A DNA stretch of 64,000 bases from Tubiluchus corallicola (Eukaryota; Animalia; Priapulida), in NCBI GenBank assembly GCA_030141605.1, contig JAQGDQ010000050.1, forward strand, positions 693,971 through 757,970, given 5' to 3'. Shown one piece after another: positions 28,960 through 42,807 of the stretch. Within the stretch, counting starts at the first letter, position 1; each line of letters opens with the position of its first letter. The position numbers were made by a program, and so were the translations under genes. The notes below the pieces were generated by a model that was given only the letters and a program-made list of their open reading frames with translations, did no database searches and was not told the origin of the DNA.

Positions 28960-30475
28960 CATTTGGTACACCGCCGTTTACTAGCTCTCATTTCAACAAA
29001 TAATTTGCTCCTTTGTACTGGTAATTCAACAACACCTAATGGTTTAATGGAAGCCCTACCAACCATAGACAACTGTATTGGATTTAGCTATTTTAGGTTT
29101 AACATACATTGTTTCATACTGCTTTTTCAAAATTACACTTACATCTGCAGCTGAATCTATTTTAAAGCTCATATTGCCACCATCACGAAGTTTGAAATTC
29201 ACATTCCAGGCTTTCTTGCTGTCATTTGATCGACACGAAACCTTATTTGTTTTGTTACACCAAATAAATGACTTTTCTACACAGTTGTCATAATTATAAG
29301 TATTGCTTGAGTCATAATTTACACTTAGGTTATTTGCAGACCTACTCAGATCATTTTCACTATACATGCAAGCATTATTATGTGAAAAATTCTGTGATTC
29401 AACACAGTTTACTCTTTTTCTGCATACTCTTGCAAAATGATTGTATCGTTTGCAAAAATTACATTGCTGCTGCCATGCTGGACTTTTCTTGGTGGATGTG
29501 AATAACCACAGCTGTAGCATGTACTATCATGCATTCTGAAGCATTGATTAATACTGCGGTCACTATTCTGCATGTATCTTCCTCGCTGTGAAGTAATGCT
29601 ACGCTGCTGCTGGAACAACGCTGAGTCCCGATGCTGCTGATTTTTGCTACTCAGCAAAATTGACTGTCGTCGGTCATTTGTAGAAAAATCATGTCGCTGA
29701 AAGTTGTGGTGCCTACTTCTGCTTCTTCCATGACCATGAACAGTATTTATATTCACGTGCTGGTCTCCACTGTTAACTGGCGTGTACAACACACCGAGAC
29801 TGTTATTGTTGCTCAAATAACTGCGCCCTTTTAATAATTTCGTCTAAGTTCACATCTTCACTCCACAGTTTTTCTCTTAACTTTGGGTCTCTTACACTAT
29901 TGCTAATTGCAACACATAGTTGGTCATTTAATCCATCACCAAATTCGCAATTGACAGCTATGTCTTTCAATGCGGTAATAAATTCAGCAATACTCTCATG
30001 CTGACCTTGTTTTCTCTGCTGAAATTGTGTAATGTACCCTTTACGTAATTTTCGTGGTTCGAAATAATTGTCAAATTTAGCGGTGACTGTTGTATAGTCA
30101 GACTTTTCTTCGTCTGTTAAGTCCAAGTTGTTGAAAACTTTTTGATATTCCTTACCCGTTGCGTACAGTAACAACGCAGCTTTCTGTTCGCCATTGGCAT
30201 TCTGCTTACCAGCGGCTGTCAAGAACACGTTGAATTCGGCTTTAAATTCTTTCCAGTCCTGGGCGAGGTTCACTTTATCCGTGGAAAATTTTGGTGGCTT
30301 TAGATTCTCCATATTCTATTTACTTTGTTTTCACTAAATTTATGCACTTGACACCATGATTTATGTTGATGCACCTGGATTTCTATCTAGTAGAAATAAC
30401 GAAATATATTACACCTTTATGCGTGTTGCCGAACTACTTTATTTGCAATGCGGTCTGACACATTAATACATAACA
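28960..30475 (-). mobile_element. Decayed Ty3/Gypsy LTR retrotransposon (putative 5' LTR, PBS, gag, protease; no RT/RNaseH/IN seen)
   Basis: PBS-like tggtgtcaagtg at about 30356-30345 (resembles the tRNA-Leu PBS TGGTGTCAGAAGTG), directly after a candidate TG...CA LTR at about 30475-30357. No second LTR found. Confidence 0.8.
28965..30312 (-). pseudogene. Gypsy gag-protease with frameshifts
   Basis: Gag MENLKPP...WKEFKAEF...RKQGQHESIAEFITALKDIAVNCEFG; zinc knuckles CYSCGYSH..(C)PAW and CNFCKRYNHFARVC; aspartic protease FKIDSAADVSVI. Frameshifts near 29810, 29485 and 29057. Confidence 0.88.
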
Positions 30476-30543
30476 ACGATCAAAATTTTTTCAATTTAAT
30501 CTTAATTGTGTGGAAAACGTTTTACGTGGATTTTGCTTACGAA

Positions 30544-30607
30544 TGTTGTTGTTGTTGTTACTGCTGCTTCTGCTGTTGTTGCAGTTGCTGTTGTTGTTGT
30601 TGTTGTT
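30544..30607. repeat. (TGT/TGC)n trinucleotide repeat
   Basis: Seen directly; it explains the poly-Cys pseudo-ORF at 30448-30642. Confidence 0.9.
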
Positions 30608-31985
30608 CTTATATGAATACCATTTTGTTGTATGTCAGATAGGAATACCGTTTTTCTTGTAAAGCAATCAGACTATCATACAGTGTCTTCAAATGCACTA
30701 ATTTACTAGAAAACCATTCATTTTAAAACTTGTTAATTTCATACTTTTTTTTATGTCCAAGTTTGTAACTGAAAAATCGTTTATCAAAGTCCCTAAATTG
30801 CTATGGGTAACAAACTGGTGAACAGTTTTAAGACAGACTGCTGAATATTGTTATTAGTTTTATCATTTGTTATGCAGTTCTTAAAATACCAATAGTTAAA
30901 GCATATCTAATTGATACTAGCTATGAAAAAAACGGGGAAGTTGATAATGCAGTAATAGATATTATTGTATTTTATAATTGTATGGTCCACTACATCACAC
31001 TTAATATCTCCTTTTTTCTAATATACGAAGAGATGATGCCATCCCAATGTCAGCTATACAGTTTTGGCTTTTGAAGTGTACATTGATGTCTCAAACAGAT
31101 TTGATTTTGGCATCATTAGGTTTGAACATGGATTTGTGAAGATTTCAGTACGAAAGTAAATTGAAGTTTTATATCTACTGCCCATCCATTAAAGCTAAAT
31201 GAGATTTTGTTATGCATGTATTTTGACTTGCAGTGTTTCAATAAAAATGAAAATGAATAACAATGTTTTGGTTGTCATGTGTCACTTCTACTATGATTTG
31301 TACAAAAGTACGTGTTTTAATGGTAATTTTTACATTTTACACATTAATGATATTACATTTTCTACATTGTTTAAACAGCTTTTCTTTATATGCTTCAGTT
31401 TAGAATGGCAATTACAGATATTACATTAACACATTAACAGTCAAATAATTTAAAATGATTTGTAAGAATTATCGAGAAATTTGTAAGAACTTTGTAACTT
31501 CGAGTAGAAAGCTCTAATGTAATAATAAAGAAAATAAGTCGCTGTGTCATTTCTGTAAAAGCTGACATTGCCATCATTACTATGCGAATTGCGAAACTAT
31601 TTGCCTCTTGTTGGCAGCTAGCTCCTAGAAGCAGGGAATCTTTTAAGGTAATTTTTCTAGTGGTATGTTCCAAAAAGACAGACGAACTTCAGATAAAAAA
31701 TTTGTATGTTTCTGTCTGATTCTCTTGCCTAACCTGTAGGTACAATTCAAATCCAACCACATTTCATTTCATATACTCTACTCTCAGATTTTTCTAGTAC
31801 ACTGTATTGCATACCAGAAGACGAGGGCAGTGTTTTAAGAACACTTTTGGCAATGGGGCAGTGGTAACCAACTACTACTGATTGGGCAATTGTGACCATT
31901 AGTGGACAAATTCTCCACCAGTTTTACAACAAGAAATGCCTTGCTTGGAAGTTAGAATAAAAATTATTACGATTCTATTGTTGTG

Positions 31986-32228
31986 AATAATGGCCAAGTG
32001 GTATCGCATTTCGCAGACAGTCCAGAGGATAGTGAGTTCGAATCGTACTCCTGCCTGGAGTTCCGATCCATGCTCTGCTGCTAGTTGAGACTCTTGCTCA
32101 GCCTTTACTGAGTTCCTGCTCATATATTGGAAGAAAAGTGGCCTAACGATGGGCTAACCACTTGTTTCCATCCTCATCGTTCATCCCTGTGCCATTGGGC
32201 ATGGGACTATTCTTCTTCTTCTTCTTCT
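31986..32228 (+). mobile_element. tRNA-derived SINE
   Basis: Pol III A box tggccaagtgg (31991), B box gagttcgaatc (32034), about 170 nt of body and a (TTC)n tail at 32211-32228. No acceptor stem, so not a true tRNA. Confidence 0.7.
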
Positions 32229-34261
32229 ATTAATTATTTGTGGCTTGTCAATTTCACCATTTTAAATCCCTGATATCCTAGTAAAATTTTACTATCCTAG
32301 TAAAATTTTATTATTCCATAATAAAGTAGTTTCTCTACCTTCTGCAGTCTTGGACGGCGTCATTACCATTTTGGATTAGTAAGTACATAAGTGATAATAG
32401 ATTATATTATATTTAGATTAGGTTAGATTGCTTTATTTTTATCTCCAAAAATACATATAATTTTGCATACATGCATTTTCATAGCAAGAAAATGAGCAAA
32501 TTAAAGAAACAAAACAAAAAAGGGTTTTAAGACTTGAGAGGGGTTATGAAGAACCAATTGGTTATCAGCCACCCTTATTCAGTTAGGTATTAATTTTTTG
32601 CATAATAAATACAAGCAATGAGGGGTAGCTGGAAAGGAAAATGGGATAGTTAAAAAGTATGTTAATGCTATGAAATTTGAAGAATTGAGAGAGGCACGTG
32701 AAGTCAAACTGAATATGGTGATGGTTAAATGTAACTACAAAAGTTCTTTTAGAAATAGAATTTACTACTAGCTTTACCATAAACATACAAGTTTACAATG
32801 ATAATTTACACAACCGGAAAGCATTAAATTAACACAAATTTTGATAAAGAAAACATTAATATATAATTTTTATTGAAGCTACTGGTATGCCTCTTGACAG
32901 CACCAGGAAGAAAATCTTGTGTTGGTGCTGCCCAGATTAATGGTAAAATTAAAATTTGACAAACAAAAACAGAAATGCTTTAGTTACTTCAGTATGTTGA
33001 TGAGGAACACATGAATTACGGATGTTAGTACGATGATGTTATGACGACGATTAAGTCATGATAATATTTGCAAAGCATAAATATAGCCAAAATTAGAATA
33101 ATATGAAAAGGCACAATTGACTCTCAATTATATTACGTAGTTCGATAGGGATGAACTGACAGTTGTGAGCATTCGCATGTACATGCAGTGAAGTAATATT
33201 AGTACATTACATTATACATACGCATTCAAAGTGATCATTCGGAATGTGTGGCAAATATGTGTGTATGATTCAAGGTTTTTCTTTAGTTTATGAATTGACA
33301 CAGAGGTTTTAATGCATTCAAGTAATTTACTCCAAGTTATATAGCCATTAATTTTGTGGAAATCAAGTGTTTACCAACATTACTTCTTAAAAAATTAATG
33401 GTGTATTCGTTGTACCTAGTGTTATACCATTTTATATTAAGTTTAGCTGGATTATTGAAAAAGTTTGGAAATAATTGATGTATAGTAATACAACAGATCT
33501 TCTAACCTAAAAATTTTACCACCAAGATGATGAGCTTTAGTGACTGTTGTACATTTAGGTAATTTGTGTACAATACGAAGAAATGTTCTTTGTAGTCTTT
33601 AAAGTTTTAACAAATTAGATTGATAAGTTGAGCCTCATAGGATGTTTGCAAAAGTTAAATATGGCAAAATTAATGAGTTATATAGTGTATTTACAATATA
33701 ACTCATTAATTTTGCCATATTTAACTTCTTTCAAAGAATATTTCAAATGTCCACTGCATAAAAGAGAGGTTGATACTACTGAGCATTTATTAGAATAAGA
33801 AGTAATGAGAAACGTGTTTCGAAAAAACAAAACCTTTAATGGAGATATCAATAAATTTGAAGGGATAATGATTTGCGATAAGTATTTTATTATATCAAAG
33901 AAGCTTAGGCGTTCGAAAAAAAGAAATTTTGAACTCAAACTGCATAATGACGACTATACAAAAAGTTAAAAAGAAATTTCTTTTTAACTTTTAAAAGAGT
34001 GTCTTGCACATTTTCCCTAATTAATAATTGTGCCTGTTAATTCTACTAAGTGGGCATAGCGAAAACCACGAAAAGCGAGTCAAAGTGATGTCGTAGCGGA
34101 TGGCTGCAAGTTGAACTTTACTATCTTCGACACTAGGCGACTCTGTATCTAACGTTTCATCTTAGCGGAATTTTTGAAAGCGTTATGTAAATTGTAAAAA
34201 AATATTTTCTTATTTTATAAGCCATTCTGCTTAGTGATTTTATCGACGTTTTCAAGCTAAC

Positions 34262-37200
34262 ATGCGTAGAACTATATCACAAAAGACGTTATCACTCATA
34301 AAGTGGTTGAAGCGCGACCATTGCGAAATGAGTGAAAACACTTTGAACAACCCATGTTGTGGAATATATGAAGAAACGGTAGATGAAAAGTGGGATGTGT
34401 TTGGTTTCCTTATAAAGCCATCATTAACTGATGTTCCATTGAAACGTAGTTCCTTGGATGGAGAAACAAAGAAACAAAATTGTTCCTTCGAGTCTGACAA
34501 TTTGGAAGTTTCTAGTTGTGACTTACTGTCGAAAGATCTTGACTTAAGCTTGAACGAGAGCGTGGAAAAATGTTCTTGTCATTTTAAAAGGTTTAGTTGA
34601 AAATATCTGTCTAGCGTTTGTACCTGGTGTAGGGCTTTTGCCTTTCAACTTCAAAAAACGTCGGTTGTTAATTTTGTTATGTAGAGCTGCTTAAACTAGT
34701 TAAAGCCTAAACAGCTGTAGGTTGGGTTAATTTTTCTTGCTGTGAAAAGTTGCACACGGTTTTACTACTTGTAGTAGTTGTGACTAAGCTCTATCAAACA
34801 TTTTGCACCTCATTTCTGTCTTTTGCCTCGAGCCGAAAGTAATGTTTGTTTAATAATTATACACATTTGACAGTATATATTAATATTATGTATTTAATGA
34901 TAACTACTGTTGCTTTTGATTAATGGTAACTACTATTGCTTTTGGTTATCAGCAAGAACTTCACTGTATGAGTTGGGCAAAACTCAACTAATGTCTATTT
35001 GTTTAGACTATAATTTATTAAAATTTTATATTTTTAATCGCAGACCCTAAAATTTTTTATGCAATATTTGGAAATTTAGTGGTAGAAATGGCTTTTAAAG
35101 GTACCTTTGTTCACCGTTCTGCATCAGATTAATATGATTAGTGACATACAACTGATATCTCTTTTCCCTGCCAGTTTTTCGTATTAGTTTTGTCTTCGTA
35201 TAGTCAAACTCGTTATAACGCCTCCTTTATAATGCCAACCTCCCTTAGCATCCAACTTTTTGGCAAAACAAAATGTCTATATGCGCTCAGACACATATGT
35301 ATTAATGCACTTCTTTATATTGCCAAACTCGCTTAACGCCAACTTTTTCTGGAATCCCAAAGTGGGCAGTATGAAAAAATGACTGTGCATACTTTATTTT
35401 TAAGCTAGGGCTAACGACGTGTATCATTACTAGAATCTGTAAGCGACATTTTTACTTAGTATTCTACTGATTTATTCATTTAATTGCAAAGTAGTTCTGC
35501 AATAGTAACTTAGTAATTAAGGTCTTAATTAGCATTCTTAATGACCACAGATTATTTATAATACTAAAAAAATTTCGGATTGCATTTTGTTATTAAATAG
35601 GCATAGATTAGAATGTAAAAGATCTAATGAAGACTCCTGGGAAAAAATATTTGCACATTGGAAAAGTAATGCTCTAAAACCTGACAAGGTAAGTAAGAAA
35701 TACTTGAAATAATATGAAATTTTGCTTTGTTTATTTTTAAAACTTTTTAATAAAGGTGTTATGTCACTTATTTTTTTTTTTAGATTTGCTGTTTCTTTAT
35801 TTTGGATGTAAAACACGAACGACATTGAAAATGGTCATGCTGACTATCTGGACTAATTTCACATGAAATATTTTGACCACATGTCTTGTTCTAATAAATT
35901 TTCAAAGAGTCATTTGATCCTAAGATCCTACCAGGCATAAGCTACTGAAAATAAGTTGTGTTACAAACAGAACGTACTATAGCTTCTGTTACAGATTTTC
36001 CTTGATCAATGTGACAATAGAATGTGTATGATATCAAAATAATTTTATTGTAACTTTTTGCAAAGCACAGGCCGATAACGATTCAATTAAAAGGGAATAA
36101 ATTCAGCTTGAATATTTTATTGAATTTTTATACTGCAGCTTACACACTGTCTTAAACAAGGACTACCTTTCCATCTACGTGGAAAACTGTGGAAGCATTT
36201 GTTGCAAATAGACGAGTTAGAACGAGAATCACATTTTAACTACGACGTAAGTGTAACATATGCACACATAGATCCCTACGGGTTTGCTATTTTTAATTAA
36301 CAAAAATTAAATTATTTCACCTCTGTGTCCTTTTTTTACCACTTTTGCTTGATTGATGCAGTTTATACACAAATTGCCATGTGCCATTTTGTAGAAGTTG
36401 TACCAATTACTCTTAAAAATCGTAGTTGGCTCCAAATAGCACAGTGTACAGTGATTATAGGTTTGCCTATAAATAAAAATAACTCTGTTTTAATTTTAAG
36501 TAACTGAATTTGTTGAATGTTGTTTTACAGGCAAACGTTGCAGCCATCAGGGATCAACTGGTTGATTTGGGTGTTACTGAATACAGCTCATTGAACTCTG
36601 TACAGGAACTGCATGAAATGAATGACAATGAAGGAACTTCAGTCAAGAATGTTGACCATCTAGATATAAAAGTTTTACGTCAGATTATGCTGGATGTGGG
36701 TAAGGATAAGGAATGCGTGTGTAAACCTCAATAGCACAGTCATAGTAGCATGCTGTCCAGTGACTGCACACCTAAACATTTGTGTCCAGTTACCGCTTAT
36801 TGTGTATACTGTATATGAATGAGAAGAAAAACAGCATATATGTTTAATAAATGCTGATGCAGTAATTGTATATCAAACTATTTACTGGTTATCTAACTAT
36901 TATCCACATTTTATGCTTCTTGTGTATACTGTATATGAATGAGAAGAAAAACAGCATATATGTTTAATAAATGCTGATGCAGTAATTGTATATCAAACTA
37001 TTTACTGGTTATCTAACTATTATCCACATTTTATGGTTCTGCTTGCTAGCCGTTTGTCAAGCCAACTACCCAATAAGTAAAAGATTATTAGGCACTAGTA
37101 ATGTTAAATGCCACTGAAATGTTTTTCCCAGAAAATGAATTACGAAAAAGTTGAATTTGCTGATTATGATAATGCATGTAATAATAAATTGATAGCTGCA

Positions 37201-40200
37201 TGACTTCTTTTCACAGATATCTGAAAAAACAAAAAAATATCGTAAACATTTTTAAGAACTGCAAGCATTTAACAATATGTTGTAATTAAGAGAGGCCACC
37301 TAAGCTGTAACAATCTGCAGTCTACTTTTGCTGATATGATTAACATAATCTTAATTTAGATATTAATCTCACACATGTAGGTCCTGAAGAAATTAGATGA
37401 TAATATATGTGGATACTCCAAAAGTAGATGTAAATTAAAGATGAGAAAAAAGTAGATGTTCCAAACGCCAAGAAAAATCCAAACCCTAGTTGGCTGTTTT
37501 TAGTACTGATGCTTTCATGGGAAGTAAAACCTGTTTAAAGTTATAATTAAAATGACAATTGCAAAGCCATGCAGCGTTTTGAATGTCACTTGTTTTTATT
37601 TGCTGATATTTGTATAGCTGCGCATTAGACCGGACTTGCACTAACATCTGACACGATGTTATCTAAATTTGCCAATTTGTTTCCCTGGCTGATCGGCAGT
37701 GCACTAATTGTGGTCATGTCTAAAATACTTTGTTCTTAATTGCTGTTTTCAATCTGAGGCAATTTATACTGGAATTTTAGCTTGTATATTAGTGATTCCG
37801 TGTGCATTTGTTTCACTTTTGTACAGTTTATTGTACAATAACATAATGTGTTAATTGTGAAATTGTATATACAGTCTTTGAGTGTAAAACTGGAAGAGTT
37901 ATTATTAATAAGTTTGAGTGCGCTTTCGTGGAGGTTGCCAGAAAATAGTTAATTTCCTGTTACTTGCAACTAACGTGGAATATTTAGTTACTATAATTTC
38001 AGATCGCACTTTTCCCACTCACATCATGTTTGCTAGTGCAATGGATGTCGGCAAGGAGGGAAAAGCTGCTTTGTTTCGTATTTTAGCTTTATATGCAAGA
38101 TATAATCCAGCTGTGGGCTATTGTCAAGGTAAATTAACTTCACTTACACTAGTGCACATCTAGGCCCTAATTGTTCCAGTTTCAATATTAGTTCAGAATA
38201 TATTATGGCAGTTTTTTTGGTCAACTATATTTTCTAGGTTCTAGCATGACACATCCTCAGACTTTTATTTGGATTACAGAATAAATAATTTTATAAAGTA
38301 ATTCTGAAATATGTAATTAGTGATGTTGTTTTTATTTGACAATCCTTTTTTATTAGAGTATGTAATCATTTTCCTAGGAATGTCATACATTGCAGCCATG
38401 TTCCTTATGCACTTGGATGAACGGGAATCATTTTGGTGTTGTGTTGCATTGTTTGAGCGACAAAAGTATCTCCTGGGTTATTTTTCTGAATCTTTGTACA
38501 GGCAAGAATTCCTATTTTTATGCATAGAATAGACTTTGTTCTGCATTTTGCGCCACAGGCGCAAGTTAAACTGAATGTGCTAATAATGATTTTAGACCCT
38601 TACACTAACATGAGTACACTTATATTTAGCTAAGCCAGACCCATCAAATATAGTAAAAAACGTTACATTTTTTAAATGTTTCTTATGGTCTACCCAACTT
38701 GTGCTACTACCATTGTGATGAAGTGCCCCAGATTTTACGGTCAGCTTCTTGCTAGCTTACCCGTTTAGAAGAGATCCTTATTGCCATGAGGCTATGGTGG
38801 TGACCAAGTAACAAACCTAATAGACAGTGAGATCGTTTAGCTTATTTCTTAGCTTAACTAGAGGAGGCAAAGGGAAAAGGAAGCAGCGCTTTCCATACTT
38901 ATCGGAAAATTTCGTAACTTTTAGTTCTCACTCATTTCTTTTAGAGCATTTCACTCTTAACTGGGAGCCTAACGACTAAACTTCTTTTGCATGGTAGTTC
39001 AGCTGAATGGTAGAAGCGAGTGATGTTAATGTATTCTTAAATAAACATGTTAATGTATGAATGTGTTTGTGACAGTCTGCAAGAATATGTATTAGATAAA
39101 TATGTAATCGGTTCAAAGACATTACATTTTAGTTTCAGCTTTAAGTTTTCTTGGTTTTTTATTTCTAGAATTCAAGATCATGTTCAAGTTTTTGACAAAC
39201 TATTGCAACAAAGACTGCCTATGGTGTGGGAACATATGGTAAACATATCAGGGTTGTATTGTTTAGCAATAAATTCGTTAATTTGCACCGGTAGAGAAAA
39301 TTCGTTAAGTTGCATCCTGGTGAACTAACAGGAGAACCTGCAGGGAAATCTTAAGTCAAGGTGAAACAAAACAGTGAAAATTCCTCATACTACCACTAAC
39401 TACTACCTCTCATTGGAGAACAAAATTAAACTGAATAAACTAGTGTTGAGATGCCATTCATTTAAAGGAAAGAAAGACTGTTTGAAAGACTTGTGTAGTT
39501 CAAAAAGAAAATAATTTAAACTTTCGCACCACTTGGAAAAACATTACAGTATTGCGCCTCTGGCTCAACAAACATTTAAATTACTTTATATTGCCAATAA
39601 ATTCAATAATGAACTTTTTGGTTAGTTAACAAAGTGTGTGTAAACAAATTGTTTTTCAAATTTTATGCAATGTTATTTAAACTTGCTACACATGACTTAC
39701 TGTTAAAACGGCCAATGCAGAGTTTAAATTTACAAGTTCTGTACTGCATTACTGCTAATGTATGCAATAAGCATGTAAAGGATACAAAATTTCAAACTAC
39801 GCAACTTGTATTAGCAGCAATGCTATAAAACTTATTGCAAATTTAAACTCCCACCGTGACTGTTATGTCACATACAGACTAGCCAGTTTTCTCTCTAAAT
39901 AACTCGCAAGTGTGTTCAATCAGTATCAAACAGTTTACAATTTCTTGCTGGCAATAACTCGCAAAGCAATTCACACTTGAGAGTTTGCTGTCAGAGAGAA
40001 AACTCGCTTGTCTGAATGTGCCATTAGACGCAGCCATTTTAACGGTAACTTGTTTGTAAGAAGTTTAGGTAATATTGCGTAAAATTTTAAAAAACAATCA
40101 GAGCATTTGTAGCACACTCTTCGCTAACTAAGCAAAAGTAATAACTTATATTGTCAATAAGATCAAGTGTGTTTTTTTTGTGAGTCAGTGGTGCACATTA

Positions 40201-42726
40201 ACATGGTAATACAACTGGTAATACAATGACCAGTTGTGCAAACATTTAAAGGACAAGAAAAGGGGCACCTCAAGTAGGTTTCAGAAAAATCACCTTAAAA
40301 AAGTATACTACTTTTACAGCATTACAGTATACATTTACAGCAATTTTATGCACATCTTGTATTCATGTTGAAAGGAATTCATTTTAAATCTCCCGCTATA
40401 CTGTTCCGACGGCGCCATTACATGACGTCGCTATGCGACGTGAATCAGGGGGAAAAAGACAATGTTATATTATTACCCAAAAAACTTTCCGTGCAAATCT
40501 ATTTTACTTAGCATTTCACTTACCTGCTGGAAAGACTTATGCAACTAGACTAATAATTTAAAATGTTTATGCCAATTGGTAAAATGTTGCTGACTCACCC
40601 TCCAGGGTGTATTTTTAATCTAATTGACAAGATACAGTAATTTAAAATTTTATTTAATTAGCAACATGTATGCTACGAATGCTCTAATTATTTTTTCAAA
40701 CTTTACTTAATGCTATCAAAACTTGTTTCAAGCGACCTACCGTTATATCGTTAAAATGGCTGCGCCTAACGGTCAGCGCGGGAGTTTAAATTTACACGTT
40801 TATACAGCGTTACAGGCGATGCAGGCCGTGCATAAGAAAACGTTATATGTAAGTGGTATAGAATTTCGAGTCAAATTTTTTAAGCTTTATGTAAGTGGAG
40901 GGTTTTCTTGTGTTCTAAATATTTTTCCAGTTACATAAGTTTCCTAAACAGGTAAGTATAATGCTAAGTAATATAAGTTTGTATGGAAGTTTTTATTTGG
41001 GATATACTTTAAAATTTCCCTTTCTTCCCCTTTAACATTGATATAGTGTATTTAAGTAATTCAATGATTACAGAAACTTTGATTAACAACTGGGTTGAAG
41101 GCAGCTAGTCTTCTTAGTCACCAGTGAAATAATGCAACAAATACACTATTACTGTACTTATAATAAATACATTACACTTAGACACAAATGTAACACAGCG
41201 TAATAAAGTGTCATACAGTAGGCACTGTTTTAATAAAGCGTTGGTTTTCAGAATCTTTAAATTAAATTAGTCCAAAAGTGAAAGTGTTATATGAAACTAA
41301 TACACTCTGTTTAAAGTTTAGTATGAATATGAAAAACATGCCATTAAATGTACTATTTGCGTGCTGCCGCTGGCATACTCGTATCATCTGTATGAGTAGC
41401 GAAACTAAATCTCTAACTTTGTTAATGTTTCTTATGAATTTCGCAATTGTTTACAGTATTGTTATTACCGTAATAGATCGGTTTTCTTGTTTAATTTTGC
41501 CACGCTTACAAATTTGCGTATAGCTCTCAATCGAATGGTAGATTAATCTACAATCAAACGTGGAAGAGAGTGACTGAAATTTAATTCATTTGCTGCTCAC
41601 TATCTATATTTGTCGCTTTCACCTTTCACCTGTTGCTTGATTCTAAGCTAACCGAGCGACGTTCATGTCTGCATTTTGAAAAGAATAATTCTGGGTCATT
41701 GTTTCAAACAATTGTACTTGATGGCTAGTAGATCTTGGTCTTTACACAAATGTCGGCATCTGTAACAAAGAACTGGAACTAGTGTACCAAACTACATAAA
41801 ATATGCAAAACAATAATAATATAAAATAATAATTTATTTCGTACATTGGTAGCATCAGTATACATATATACATGCATTCATATATACGCATTCAGTACTT
41901 GTTTATTTTTATAGAAAGCTGTTGAGGCAAGTGCCTTAATGTATCTTACACCATGGTTTATGTGTCTATATACATCTTTGCCATGCTGGAGAACAGTATT
42001 ACATATATGGGATCTTTTGCTTTTAGAGGGTATGCACAACCTACTGTTAATCGTCTTTTACTTTGTGTGAAGCTTTTTGCTGTTTTAATCAGATCTACAG
42101 ATGTCGGGACATTTTCTGAAGGTTTTTAGTTACTATTTATTCTAATAGAAGCCATTTTACAGGTTCCCTGGCTTAGTTAGAGAAAAGCTAGTAGTCATTC
42201 GTTTCGGCTGAATGTATTTTAAAATTGGACTATGTTATCTTGTAGCCCAATTCCTTCTCTTTCCAAATGGTATAAAACTCCCTCCGAAACCCTCACAAAG
42301 TGCCACACAAATATTTTCTTCTATACAATGTTCGTCAATGTTTTGTGGAAAAAACTTATTTTGGTGGTTTTTCGGCTCTGCTCTTCTCGGACATCCTGTA
42401 ACAGCCCCAGAACGGAAAGCATTCTTCTTTGCCACATGCCCCATTCCTTTACATAGTTTCATGTGACATTTGCTTAATTTTGTTAACTAACTAACAAACC
42501 AATGGCAATGAAAACATAACCTCCTTGGCAGAGGTAATAAACACCAATTTGATACATCTGAATTTTGAACTATTTTTTTCAATGTAGGGGTGAGTGCGTT
42601 ATTTAAAGTAGCATTAGCCATTGTTACGGTGTGCCATGAGAATTTACTACAGTGTACTAGCATTAGCACAGTATTACCTATTCTCCTGAAGATACCAGCC
42701 AAGCTGTAAGTAAAGTTCTTTTCGTA

Positions 42727-42807
<81 letters not shown>

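Noticed and set aside
29795-29820. Programmed frameshift or readthrough after gag
   Set aside because: The break is inside gag before the zinc knuckle, there is no slippery heptamer, in-frame readthrough hits another TAA ten codons later, and other frameshifts show decay.
30448-30642. Poly-Cys ORF resembling a metallothionein (similarly 12700-12891)
   Set aside because: Produced by (TGT/TGC)n microsatellites.
31991-32060. Functional tRNA gene
   Set aside because: A and B boxes are present but there is no cloverleaf, and it continues into a body and simple-repeat tail typical of a SINE.
31643-32388. Two-exon 46-aa ORF on the minus strand (32388-32339 plus 31733-31643; MYLLIQNGNDAVQDCRRLGKRIRQKH...)
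   Set aside because: The phase fits, but the splice sites are weak and I recognise no homology; not distinguishable from chance.
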